This document shows positions 1 through 9,040 of a stretch of 64,000 bases of DNA, piece after piece (the stretch's first letter is position 1; the number at the start of each line of letters is the position of its first letter). Made by a program: the position numbers and the translations under genes. The notes under the pieces are model-generated. The model was not told the DNA's origin. It worked only from the letters and a program-made list of their open reading frames with translations, and did no database searches. The DNA lies in the IMG/VR virus record IMGVR_UViG_3300037042_004723, positions 32,001-96,000 of that record, one strand, 5' to 3'. This DNA is from a virus.

Positions 1-1
1 C

Positions 2-463
2 CTGAACCTCATCATCATCGACCATGCCAAGGATATGGTCACCCGCCGCAAGCACATCGGCACGGGCATCGAGGCGGCTGTCGCCGACGGTATCGCCACG
101 GCCATGGGCAAGGTCAAGGTGTTCGCGGACAAGTGGTCCGAGGCGTCCCTGGAGAACGTGCTGGAGAAGTACGGTGCCCACGACATCGAGGCCGTGATGC
201 GCGGTCTGGTGTTCAACAAGGTGGTTCACGTCTCGGGTGTCCGTCCCGACGACATGTTCGAGCGGTTGATGCGCGCCTACCAGGCCGAGCCTGGCTATGG
301 CAAGACCGCCATCGTCAACGCGGTCACCCGCGCAGCCCACAGCGAGACGTGGGGCTCATGGGCGGACGTGGAGGACCTGGAGCGCAAGGGTGGGGAGCTT
401 CTCTTCGCCAAGCAGTGGTCTGTTTCTATCCCCGACGACGAGCGCGAGGGGCTGTCGTACTAG
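2..463 (+). CDS. Hypothetical protein, probably 5'-truncated by the window edge
   Basis: Frame is open from position 2 through ORF 35..463; followed by a GC hairpin. Confidence 0.7.
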   Translation: MNLIIIDHAKDMVTRRKHIGTGIEAAVADGIATAMGKVKVFADKWSEASLENVLEKYGAHDIEAVMRGLVFNKVVHVSGVRPDDMFERLMRAYQAEPGYGKTAIVNAVTRAAHSETWGSWADVEDLERKGGELLFAKQWSVSIPDDEREGLSY

Positions 464-762
464 GCCCGAGGGGCGGGGCGGTTTCCTGAAAAAAGGAGCC
501 GCCTCAGTTGTAGTGTCTTTGTGACCGGAGGGCGTCGATACCGAACTGGCTGGAGTGATCCCGGTGTCAGGCCGGAGGGTAGGCTGGAGTTCTAGACCCA
601 GCTGATCTCCGGGGCAGAGGGGCCACGCTGTCACCCGTGCATGGGTGCGAAGGCCAGGGCGAGGAGCCCTCCGGTTGCTTTCGTATATAGAGTTTTCTTC
701 GGTATGGAGTTTTCTTCGCTGCGGGCGCTGAAAATTAAGGCGAGCCCAGTTGTAGTAGAGCC

Positions 763-1047
763 ATGAGAGACGCCAAGCCCTACTGGACCAAGCACCCCGC
801 CTACCTGGAGCACTGGCCGTTCGCCACCATGGCGCACGACTCGGGCGACTGGGAGGCATTCGTCGTGGACTACAAGCGAACCCAGGACTACAGCGGCGGG
901 AAGTTCATCGAGTTCTTCTGGGACGGGGATTTTCAGGAGGCGATCAGCTACACGCCGACCTCGAACCCGGCTGAGTGCCTCGCCCAGTTCGCCGTGTTCT
1001 GGCTGGAAACGGAGTACGACTGGGGCAACGCTGAAAAATCCAGCTAG
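763..1047 (+). CDS. Hypothetical protein
   Basis: ATG lies 6 nt after a class I box. Confidence 0.8.
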   Translation: MRDAKPYWTKHPAYLEHWPFATMAHDSGDWEAFVVDYKRTQDYSGGKFIEFFWDGDFQEAISYTPTSNPAECLAQFAVFWLETEYDWGNAEKSS

Positions 1048-1065
1048 CTCAGTTGTAGTAAGAGC

Positions 1066-1185
1066 ATGGACCCAACAATTGATCGATGGCCAGACAACGA
1101 CGGTGGCTACAGGCCAGGGAACGTTCGTTGGGCTACTCGGAAACAACAGTATCAAAACAGGAGAAAACGTCGTGGATCCAAATAG
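1066..1185 (+). pseudogene. 39-aa fragment of an HNH-type endonuclease (IDRWPDNDGGYRPGNVRWAT)
   Basis: ATG 6 nt after a class I box; closely resembles [20 protein letters not shown] of 33501..34469. Confidence 0.7.
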
Positions 1186-1357
1186 TGACCTCAAGAAGAT
1201 GCTGAAGCTGGCAGCTAAGATGCTGCGCGACCACGAGGACGAGGACCTTGAAGGCATTGATCGGGACGATGCGAATCGCCTGGCCGAGATGGTCGAAGCC
1301 CTGGATGGATGGCTGAGCAAGGGCGGATTTCTGCCCGGAAAGTGGGAGCGCAAGTGA
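1172..1357 (+). CDS. Hypothetical protein
   Basis: GTG start after AGGAGA; C-terminal part of track ORF 1079..1357. Confidence 0.7.
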   Translation: MDPNSDLKKMLKLAAKMLRDHEDEDLEGIDRDDANRLAEMVEALDGWLSKGGFLPGKWERK

Positions 1358-1623
1358 GCAAGTCAAAGAAGCAGGTCGTTCACGTTTGCCTGTACAGCCA
1401 CAGGCACTGGATCGACGTTTGCGTCTACAAGACAGCCAAGGCGATGGAGGCCGGAGTCCTCAACGTGATGCACCTCCGGGTCGACGAGTGGGACGACGGC
1501 GACGTGGCCAAGTTCCGCAAGCTGCGCAGCTTCGACAAGAAGCTGGCCCTGTTCCACGATGTCGAGATGGGCATCAGCTACGGCGAGACGCTGGAGATGT
1601 TCGAGAGGACGGTGGAGGGGTAA
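1354..1623 (+). CDS. Hypothetical protein
   Basis: GTGA overlap with the previous stop; followed by a hairpin and the compact palindrome. Confidence 0.7.
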   Translation: MSKSKKQVVHVCLYSHRHWIDVCVYKTAKAMEAGVLNVMHLRVDEWDDGDVAKFRKLRSFDKKLALFHDVEMGISYGETLEMFERTVEG

Positions 1624-1693
1624 GGTCAGCGCGGCTGAGCCGCCATTCAGTCGGAGAAAACTCTAAGAGTTTTCTATGCGTATACGACGAGAG

Positions 1694-1722
1694 GACCTAA
1701 GGTAAAAGTTTTACCTTAGGTC
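1694..1722. repeat. Perfect 14-bp inverted repeat GACCTAAGGTAAAA-G-TTTTACCTTAGGTC
   Basis: Read directly; lies between convergent genes. Confidence 0.8.
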
Positions 1723-1739
1723 TGAGCCCCCTCTGGTTT

Positions 1740-2150
1740 CTAGAACTCCTGCTCGGTGGCGGGTGCCGGCACGGCGGTCAGGGTGGGCTTGACCTTGGCC
1801 GGCTTGGCGGGCTCCGTGTCCTTGACCAGCCGACGGAGGCGGTCCAGGGCGTTCTTCGTCAGCCGGTACTTGCCGTCACCAACCTCGCTCTCGTGGGTGA
1901 CCCACTGGCTACGAACCAGGCGGCGGAGGGTGTTGCGGACCCGTGAGCATCCGCGCGCCCGTCCGCCCTGAATCTTGTGCCAGTTCAGGTCATCCATGAT
2001 CTCCTGAATGGTCCGCACAGGGCGACCCTCGGTTGCCAGCGAGGTGACCAGGAGCTGCTCGTTCTTGGTTAGCTCGTTGAAGGTTAGCTGAAGTGCGCCA
2101 GCGCGCTGTCCTTGCGAGGACGTGAATTCTGTCTTGGTTTGGGTGCTCAT
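1740..2150 (-). CDS. Putative winged-helix DNA-binding protein
   Basis: wHTH-like pattern SRVRNTLRRLVRSQWV...GKYRLT; class I promoter. Confidence 0.65.
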   Translation of the reverse strand: MSTQTKTEFTSSQGQRAGALQLTFNELTKNEQLLVTSLATEGRPVRTIQEIMDDLNWHKIQGGRARGCSRVRNTLRRLVRSQWVTHESEVGDGKYRLTKNALDRLRRLVKDTEPAKPAKVKPTLTAVPAPATEQEF

Positions 2151-2266
2151 GCCATTACTACAACTGGCTGTGGATAAACTTTCGCGGAAAAAGGGCGCTC
2201 TTGCCTGGGGGCTAACTTTGATCGTCCGATCGTGAAAATCCCAACAGGCTCAGTTGTAGTAGCTAC

Positions 2267-2695
2267 ATGATGACTGCAACCACTGAGAAGCAAAGATCAA
2301 ACATGTTCTTTTCGTGCGGTCCGAACGAGGAGGACCGGCAGGTTGTGTCCTCCAAGTTCTACCGGGAGGATGAGTGCGGTCACTACTACAAGCTAACGGC
2401 CCCGCTGTTCGTGAACCTCAAGGACGGGGATGGCAAGCGGAAGCTGACGCAGGTGACCGGCCCCGTCGTGTTCACGGCGGATGGCTGTGATTTCTGGGGC
2501 GGGGAGAAGGCCAAGGGCTTTCGCTCCAAGGTGATCGAGAACCCGACCTACCGCTCGCTCATGGGCGCGGCGAAGTCATCGCAGGCGAAGACCAAGGACT
2601 ACCACCACTCGTTCATCGAGGGTGCCTACTTCAAGGGCTACGAGGAGATCGACGGCCGCCAGGTGATGATCCTCCAGATGGCGTTAGGTAGCTGA
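2267..2695 (+). CDS. Hypothetical protein
   Basis: Class I promoter with ATG at +6. Confidence 0.8.
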   Translation: MMTATTEKQRSNMFFSCGPNEEDRQVVSSKFYREDECGHYYKLTAPLFVNLKDGDGKRKLTQVTGPVVFTADGCDFWGGEKAKGFRSKVIENPTYRSLMGAAKSSQAKTKDYHHSFIEGAYFKGYEEIDGRQVMILQMALGS

Positions 2696-2726
2696 AAAAG
2701 CACCCTGGCCCAGTTGTAGTAGAGAC

Positions 2727-2819
2727 ATGAACCTCCAGGAAATTGTCCAAGCTCTTGCGCCGCTGGTTGATCACAAGAATCACGATGTGTGCGTCATGCC
2801 GCCCCGATCAGATCGGTGA
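2727..2819 (+). CDS. Putative 30-aa peptide, overlapping the XRE gene 3' end in antisense
   Basis: ATG 6 nt after the class I box at 2713. Confidence 0.35.
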   Translation: MNLQEIVQALAPLVDHKNHDVCVMPPRSDR

Positions 2820-2991
2820 CGCGACACCCGAGCGCCCTTGCGATCGACCGCAGGCTGCGGAGCGTCGGCTCGTGCGTCCCGTGGATCCACCCGTGAACTG
2901 TGCTGCGCGGACAGCCGCAGCGTCGTGCAATCTCCGCGTCTATGATGCCGGCGCGATCACGCGCTCGGACGATGCGTTGCGAGGTCGTCAT
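2794..2991 (-). CDS. XRE/Cro-CI family helix-turn-helix regulator
   Basis: AEIARRCGCPRSTVHGWIHGTHEPTLRSLRSIARALGC matches the HTH_3 pattern; start taken at MTTSQ. Confidence 0.85.
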   Translation of the reverse strand: MTTSQRIVRARDRAGIIDAEIARRCGCPRSTVHGWIHGTHEPTLRSLRSIARALGCRVTDLIGAA

Positions 2992-3130
2992 GTGGTTACC
3001 GTTCGCACAAAACGAACAGAATAACAAGAAGTAATATCGACGGGTTGGGCGGCGATTCCACCGGGGGCGTAATTGTCCTCCGGTGTTGTTGTCTTTTGAA
3101 AAGCCTAATGGATAAGGCTGCGTGCCAACG

Positions 3131-3180
3131 TTATCCACAGGGATCTGTTAACCACACGATTCCACAGGAAATTCACAGGG
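3131..3180 (+). promoter_or_regulatory. DnaA box TTATCCACA plus three degenerate CCACA(G/C)-like repeats; second perfect box at 2169-2177 (-)
   Basis: Exact match to the DnaA consensus in an A/T-richer intergenic region. Confidence 0.5.
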
Positions 3181-3288
3181 TGATTTTCTTGACCACCCTG
3201 ATTATCGCGTAGTACGAGCGTTGTCCGCGAAGTAAATGAAAAAAACGAGCTGCCCTGGTTGTAGTAGGGGTGCGGAAGGAGCCTTGAT

Positions 3289-3990
3289 ATGGATGAATCT
3301 ATGATGGCAGGCAAGGATGACACGCTCTCGTTCGAGGATATGAAGCCGGAGGAGCGTGCGATCCTCCAGGCGCTGCAAGCTGCTCATGATGCTGGGCAAA
3401 ACGTCCTGCGGATCGCTGAGATCATGTCGGCGAACGGCTGGGATGACGTGGACGACCACGAGTGTCCCGATGGCAACTGCTCGGTGTGCAGTGCTGCGTT
3501 GCGTCTTGGAAACAGCAAGGTTCGCAACAACTTGCGCCGCCTCATGCGGTGCGGACTGATCCACCGCCCGCTCGATGGCTCCTACGCCCTGACGCCTGAG
3601 CCCCGCCGAACCGCTCCACAGGCTGAGGCGGTTCCCAAGCTGTTGCGAATCAAGCGGAACCCCAGAGAACTGAATGTTTCCGAGGTCCGCATCCTGCGGG
3701 GCGTGGAGTACGGATCGCTCAATGTCAAGATGGTCGAGTCGGTCAAGAAGACGGACTGCACCATCTACAACGCCTGCTTGTCCCAGGCGATCTCCGGCAA
3801 GTGGGCGGGCTTCTCCTGCGCCGATTGCACGGCCTACGATGCGCCTACCCAGTTCCAGAGGGAGTGCGATGTGCTCGCCCTGCGTGCGCTCGATACCGCC
3901 GCAGAGATGGTCGAGGAGCACGGCAAGGTCAACCGCATCCGTGGCGTGAAGCCGGGCGCGGATGCCAAGCGGACCGAGGCCGGCGAGTAG
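3289..3990 (+). CDS. Putative winged-helix regulator with Cys clusters
   Basis: SKVRNNLRRLMRCGLI...DGSYALT, paralogous to 1740..2150; several Cys pairs; AAGGAG RBS. Confidence 0.7.
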   Translation: MDESMMAGKDDTLSFEDMKPEERAILQALQAAHDAGQNVLRIAEIMSANGWDDVDDHECPDGNCSVCSAALRLGNSKVRNNLRRLMRCGLIHRPLDGSYALTPEPRRTAPQAEAVPKLLRIKRNPRELNVSEVRILRGVEYGSLNVKMVESVKKTDCTIYNACLSQAISGKWAGFSCADCTAYDAPTQFQRECDVLALRALDTAAEMVEEHGKVNRIRGVKPGADAKRTEAGE

Positions 3991-4135
3991 GGGACGCGGC
4001 GCGCAAGCGCTTGCGCGGCTCGGAAAACTCTTAGAGTTTTCCGCTTCACCTAAAGAAAAAAGCCCCGCCGACCAGGGTTATGCTGAACACACGACGGAAT
4101 TGCCGCTATTCACCCTGGCCGGCGGGAGAAACAGT

Positions 4136-4543
4136 CTACCTGCAATCGATGGGCGTGAACATCCCTGATGCGTATCGGCCGCTCTGATACTCAACCGACC
4201 GCCTGGGGACGACGACGAGGCGCTCCTCGCCGAACTCGCCGTTCATGGTCCCGATATCGATGCAGTAGTCGTAGTCGTATGCCTTGGGTGCGCGGGTGCG
4301 CAGGAGGGAGAACCGGTCGGTCACATCCTCGATGAGATGCGGCGGGTCGCCCACGAGGGAGCGCAGGCACTGCTCGGCGATGAAGAATTGCTTGCTCGTC
4401 GTGGACATGGGCACGGACACGTAGGCCCCATCGACCTTCGCCACGTTGGCCTTCTCGTGGAACCGGAGGGTAGCGTCCGGGCGGTCCTCGATCAGCTGCT
4501 CGTACTGCTCGGCGGGAATCTTGACTTGGATGATTCTGAACAT
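4136..4543 (-). CDS. Hypothetical protein
   Basis: Class I promoter. Confidence 0.75.
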   Translation of the reverse strand: MFRIIQVKIPAEQYEQLIEDRPDATLRFHEKANVAKVDGAYVSVPMSTTSKQFFIAEQCLRSLVGDPPHLIEDVTDRFSLLRTRAPKAYDYDYCIDIGTMNGEFGEERLVVVPRRSVEYQSGRYASGMFTPIDCR

Positions 4544-4611
4544 GCCCTAACTACAACTGAGCCAACCGAAACTTTCTCGAAAAAATCAGCTTGCTCAGGT
4601 GTAGTATAGGT

Positions 4612-4992
4612 ATGACAAAGACAATCAATCAGCCAGAAGAGCACGTTCCGGCGGCTCAGATGTTCCGCAGGGCGCTCGAAAAGACGCTGGAGGCGCTCCA
4701 GGCCATGAAGGACGCGCACCACGCAACGATCAAGGCGCACGGGTTCAGCGCGAGTACGGAGGGCACGCTGTTCGATAGCGTGGTGCCCGTGGTCGATGTG
4801 ATCTCCACGATGCTCGCCAGGAACGTTGCCTTCGTTGAGGAGCAAGATAAGAAGTGGTTGGCGGCCCGTCGCATCGTTTCGCAGTTGGACGAGGACGCTC
4901 CGGCCGTGCCGCCGGGGCTGATCCTTCGCGATGGGGTGGAGTATGGATGTCACAATGATGCATGTCGAGATTGCTATGAGGGGGGAAGTTAA
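4612..4992 (+). CDS. Hypothetical protein
   Basis: ATG 6 nt after GGTGTAGT; divergent partner of 4136..4543. Confidence 0.75.
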   Translation: MTKTINQPEEHVPAAQMFRRALEKTLEALQAMKDAHHATIKAHGFSASTEGTLFDSVVPVVDVISTMLARNVAFVEEQDKKWLAARRIVSQLDEDAPAVPPGLILRDGVEYGCHNDACRDCYEGGS

Positions 4993-5099
4993 GTAGTCGG
5001 CGGGCTTCGGCCCAGTCCGAAGAGAGAAAACTCTTAGAGTTTTCCGGCCTGTCGGCGGGCTTCGGGCCGGCAGCGCGGGCGGGTGCTAGCGGGCGACCC

Positions 5100-5339
5100 T
5101 CACGCGGCCACCTTGCGCTCGATCAGCAGCGCCCACCTGATCGCTGTGACCTTCACCACGTCGTGCCCGTCGAGCGCGGCGCGGATGGCGGTGCGCTGGC
5201 GCGCGGCCTCCTCGGTGGTGCGCGCCGACACGATCCCCTCCGGGATCAGCAGCGTGATCGGCGCATCGGCAAGATCACCCGTCCAGGTCAGGCCGGTGTA
5301 GTCGCCGCCGACGACCGTGACCGTGACCGGCAGGCTCAC
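5100..5339 (-). CDS. Hypothetical protein
   Basis: GTG start overlapping the stop of 5336..6142. Confidence 0.6.
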   Translation of the reverse strand: MSLPVTVTVVGGDYTGLTWTGDLADAPITLLIPEGIVSARTTEEAARQRTAIRAALDGHDVVKVTAIRWALLIERKVAA

Positions 5340-6142
5340 GACGCCACCTCGACCAGCAGCGCGCGGCCGAGCGCGCTGGTCGCGGGGTCGTCGCCGTAGT
5401 CGTCCTCGATCCTGCCAGCCTCGACGAGGGCGTCGATCACGCCCCGGAGGTCGCCGTCCTCGTAGGCCACGACGGCGCGCTCCAGCGCCTCGACGCACCC
5501 GCGCGCGGCATCGAGGGCCGTCCTCGCGTACTCCACGGCCGACTCGTAGGCGGCGCGCTCCTCGTCCGACGCGCCGGCCGGGCACTCGGCGGCGACGATT
5601 TCCGCGTCGCGGAGGCCGTCTAGCTGCTCGATCGTACAGACGGGGTGAGTGACCTCTCCCTGGTCGCGCCCGTCCTCGCTGTACCAGCCGGCCGAGTAGC
5701 CGAGTCCGTCGTACCAGTCCTCCACGTCCTCGTGGTCCGTGGAGGCGTCCGGCCGGAGGACGACCAGCCGGTCCTGGTACTCCACGCTCACGCGGCGGAC
5801 CAGCGGTGCCGCGTACCGGATCGAGTGGGTGCCCGTGGCCGTGAGATCGATCTGGGACGACCAGTCCACCGACCAGCCCTCCGGGATCTCCGCCTCGACA
5901 GTCTCGGCGTCCTGCGCCCCGTAGACGACGCGCGGGCCGTTCGGGCCGTCGAGGGTGATCTGGATCTCGGTTGGCTCGATTGGCTCGGGTTCGTCGTTCT
6001 CGTCGTCCTCGCTGGAGTGGAGGTAGAGAACCTCGTTACGCTCGTCCGCCATCCGCTGCGCGATCCGGTGCGCGAGGTGGTCCACGAGTCCCGTGGTAAT
6101 CTGGTTGCCGTGGCCGTCGTCGATTGAGTAGGTCGTGTACAT
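5336..6142 (-). CDS. Acidic hypothetical protein
   Basis: Class I promoter; strong GC3 bias. Confidence 0.8.
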   Translation of the reverse strand: MYTTYSIDDGHGNQITTGLVDHLAHRIAQRMADERNEVLYLHSSEDDENDEPEPIEPTEIQITLDGPNGPRVVYGAQDAETVEAEIPEGWSVDWSSQIDLTATGTHSIRYAAPLVRRVSVEYQDRLVVLRPDASTDHEDVEDWYDGLGYSAGWYSEDGRDQGEVTHPVCTIEQLDGLRDAEIVAAECPAGASDEERAAYESAVEYARTALDAARGCVEALERAVVAYEDGDLRGVIDALVEAGRIEDDYGDDPATSALGRALLVEVAS

Positions 6143-6210
6143 GTTCTCACTACAACTAGGGTTGGTGGTTTTTTCGCGAAAAAGTGAGCCCCCACAGTTG
6201 TAGTGAAACC

Positions 6211-6465
6211 ATGAGCAAGACCATCAAGGAACTGGCGCAGGAAGCCCTGGACGTTCAGAATGCCTGCAACCTGACGGCGGTTATCCAGTCTTTCGCCCGC
6301 GCGATGATTGACCTGGGCGAGCACGTCAAGGGCACCGATGCCCGCAACTCTCACCCCGTCACGGTCCTCTGGGCGGACAAGGTGGCCCACCTAACGGGCA
6401 TCCAGGATATCGGCAACGACGCCACCATGAAGGCATACAACGCGGTCTACGCCTTGGCCGCCTGA
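6211..6465 (+). CDS. Hypothetical protein
   Basis: ATG 6 nt after a class I box. Confidence 0.8.
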   Translation: MSKTIKELAQEALDVQNACNLTAVIQSFARAMIDLGEHVKGTDARNSHPVTVLWADKVAHLTGIQDIGNDATMKAYNAVYALAA

Positions 6466-6593
6466 CAGCTTCGACGAGCTAGCCCGAGGCGCAAGCACGC
6501 TGCCAGCACGGGGCCGAGGGATAATGCAGCTGCTCGTCACCATGGTTCAGAAAACTCTAAGAGTTTTCCGACACACGGCTTACGCCGGGCTGG

Positions 6594-7238
6594 CTAGATG
6601 CTCACACCGTCGCCGCAGGTCTTGCAGTCCGGGTTGATGCCGCCATCCATCCCGCAGTCGTCGCACCCGTGGGTCTGGTCCCATAGCTCGTTGACTTCAT
6701 CCTCGACGTACTGAACCGCGCCATCCAGGTCCTTGGCCTCGCACGGCAGGTAGACCGGAGATGCGGTTACCTCCGCGTCAGTGCCCTCGACGATGCTCCC
6801 CATGAGAAACATCCCGTTGTGCGGCTCCATGATGGGCACGTCCACCGTATCGGTCAGCTCGAAGCTGGAACGCCCCTTGGCTTCCAGGGTGAGGAACTCC
6901 TGCATCCCGTTGTCCGTGACCGGCGGGACGATGGAGTCGAACGGGGGCCAAAAGTACTCCAGCACCGCACGGGGCACCTTGCTGTCGATCACCCGGTCAC
7001 CATTGAACGAGAACATCCCACGCTCCCAGATGCCGTCCACCTTGCGGAAGTAGCAGGTCCACGTCTCCTGACGCTTGCCGACCTGACGCAGACCGGGCGT
7101 GGTAATGCTCGCCCACGCTCCGCAGTCCGTATCCTTGTAGAGCCGGCGGCTCAGGCGCGCGTTGCTGTGCTCCAGGTTGTCGGGCTCAAAGTCCGCGTCG
7201 AAGTGCGCGAACAGATCCTCAATGGTCTTGATGCTCAT
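6594..7238 (-). CDS. Hypothetical protein with C-terminal Cys cluster
   Basis: Class I promoter; start at MSIKT. Confidence 0.8.
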   Translation of the reverse strand: MSIKTIEDLFAHFDADFEPDNLEHSNARLSRRLYKDTDCGAWASITTPGLRQVGKRQETWTCYFRKVDGIWERGMFSFNGDRVIDSKVPRAVLEYFWPPFDSIVPPVTDNGMQEFLTLEAKGRSSFELTDTVDVPIMEPHNGMFLMGSIVEGTDAEVTASPVYLPCEAKDLDGAVQYVEDEVNELWDQTHGCDDCGMDGGINPDCKTCGDGVSI

Positions 7239-7269
7239 GACTTTACTACACCTGCGAGGGTTGGAATTT

Positions 7270-7410
7270 TCACGAAGTGGAAATGACCACACTCATCGCA
7301 TCGCATGAATCTTCACCGGAGTACCCGCAGAGCGACGGCACCTCGATGACGGTTCCGACCACGGCGGCGTAGTCGGCTCGGGCTTTCTCGATGGCTTCTT
7401 CCAGGGTCAT
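7270..7410 (-). CDS. Small hypothetical protein
   Basis: Class I promoter; start at MTLEE. Confidence 0.55.
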   Translation of the reverse strand: MTLEEAIEKARADYAAVVGTVIEVPSLCGYSGEDSCDAMSVVISTS

Positions 7411-7530
7411 GGTCCTACTACAACTGAGGTCGCCGGTTTTTTCTCGGACCATGGTGCAGGTACGGCCCGGAAAACTCTAAGAGTTTTCTCAACCGCCTCA
7501 CAGGCTGAAGCGGTTTCCCGCCTCAGCCTC

Positions 7531-7704
7531 TCAGAAGGTTGGGGTGTGAACGATGTCGGCGCGCATGACGGTCACCTCGTAGGTCTTTTTGGCCTTGAGG
7601 ATTGCGGCGGCGAGCTGCTGCGCCTCATACGAGGTCACCGCGAAGACCTCGCAGCGCTTGCCCCGGTACAGCCCGACGAATGGATGCTTGGTGGTTTCGC
7701 TCAT
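7531..7704 (-). CDS. 57-aa hypothetical protein (MSETTKHPF...), not in the ORF track
   Basis: ATG 6 nt from a class I box; translated by hand. Confidence 0.7.
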   Translation of the reverse strand: MSETTKHPFVGLYRGKRCEVFAVTSYEAQQLAAAILKAKKTYEVTVMRADIVHTPTF

Positions 7705-7951
7705 GGCCTTACTACAACTGAGCTAGGCCAACTTTTCAGCGAAGTTCTCGGCCAGCCGCTCACGCTTGCGAGCCGCCCAGCCCTCAGCGATGGAGCACGA
7801 CTCGGCACACGCCGCAATTCCCCGAGTGGTTTCCTTTTTGCCCTGAGAAAACTCTTAGAGTTTTCCGAATCCGCCGTCAGTCGATGCCCTCCCAGGCGTC
7901 CGTTGCTCTGGCGGGCAAGATCGCCCGTGGTGCGCTGCGAGGTCGCGTATT

Positions 7952-8566
7952 TCAGCCGACCACGCGACCGACGACCGCGCGCGGCTCGTAGGGCTTCGCG
8001 CTCTCGATGTGGTAGGTCGCCAACGTCTTGCCCTCGTCGCCGATATGGCGCTTGGCGAGGGCGTAGGCGTCAGCCTCGGTTTCCGCCTCAATAATGAGGC
8101 GGCTCTGAGGGTTGTAGTTGGTTGGGATGCGCGAGTAGAGCACGCACCACGTCGGCAGTGCGGGCGGAGTGACGATCACCTGAGGCTCCTTCGCGTATTT
8201 CAGCTTGAGAAGGTTGTCGATAAGCTTCATCACGATGCGCGGGTTCGCCTGGTCAGAGAACTTTTCCGCCGCGTCGTCGCTTGCCTCGTCGCTTGCGGCG
8301 GCCTTCGCGCAGGCGCGCAGGTTCAACAGGTCCAACTCGGTAAGCGTGTCCCCTACCGAGCCGTAGCGGTCGTCAACGTCATCGAGGACAGCTTCCAGTG
8401 ACTCGAACTCGTTGCCGTCGATCCGGTAGACCCACCTGTTGGGGAGGTCATCGACCGTGATCGTTTGCCCCCGGTACTCAACGCTGAGGTCGCCCTCATC
8501 GACGCGGAGGGCAACGAGGTCTCGCTCGCTCGCTGTCATTTTCTTTTTCTTTTTTGCGATGCTCAT
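7952..8566 (-). CDS. Hypothetical protein
   Basis: Class I promoter at 8573 places the start at MSIAKKKKK. Confidence 0.75.
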   Translation of the reverse strand: MSIAKKKKKMTASERDLVALRVDEGDLSVEYRGQTITVDDLPNRWVYRIDGNEFESLEAVLDDVDDRYGSVGDTLTELDLLNLRACAKAAASDEASDDAAEKFSDQANPRIVMKLIDNLLKLKYAKEPQVIVTPPALPTWCVLYSRIPTNYNPQSRLIIEAETEADAYALAKRHIGDEGKTLATYHIESAKPYEPRAVVGRVVG

Positions 8567-8597
8567 GTTCTCACTACAACTGGGGTTGGATGTTTTT

Positions 8598-8870
8598 TCA
8601 GCTGAAGATGCCGGAGCGCGTATCCACCTGGCACTGCTTACCAGGGTTGGCGACGAGGAAGGCGCACGCCTCTCGGGCCGAACGGAAGTACGGCAACGGC
8701 TGGCCGTCCTCGGTGAGCCCACAGCGGGCGTCGTAGGCGTCACGGGTGTAGACCCGATCCGGACCGTTCCCGCCGTTGTAGCCCAGCGTGCGGACGTTGT
8801 TGAGGTCGCCGTCCGGACTCCAGACAATCCAGACCGATTCCGTTCTCTGCTTGAGCTGTGCGTTTGCCAT
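8598..8870 (-). CDS. Hypothetical protein
   Basis: Class I promoter. Confidence 0.75.
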   Translation of the reverse strand: MANAQLKQRTESVWIVWSPDGDLNNVRTLGYNGGNGPDRVYTRDAYDARCGLTEDGQPLPYFRSAREACAFLVANPGKQCQVDTRSGIFS

Positions 8871-8939
8871 GCCCTTACTACAACTGAGCTAGCTAGCATT
8901 TTCGTTGAAAATTCAGGCTGGCTCAGTTGTAGTTACGTT

Positions 8940-9040
8940 GCTTGCTTGGCGCGTACGTGGACAGCCCTCAAGCCCGAAGTAGTCGTAGGCTGGCGACGAA
9001 AGGGTGAGAGCCACGTATGGGGGTTCGATTCCCCCTGGCA
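8940..9040 (+). ncRNA. Putative structured RNA with a tRNA-like T-arm
   Basis: Class I promoter with no ORF after it; 9-bp stem CGTACGTGG/CCACGTATG; T-arm GGGGG-TTCGATT-CCCCC at 9019-9035. Confidence 0.55.

Noticed and set aside
7952-8899. Track ORF of 315 aa as a single gene
   Set aside because: An internal class I promoter at 8573 defines a start at 8566, and the upstream part overlaps gene 8598..8870 in another frame
8940-9040. tmRNA or a true tRNA
   Set aside because: Too short for tmRNA, no tag ORF, no convincing 7-bp acceptor stem or CCA
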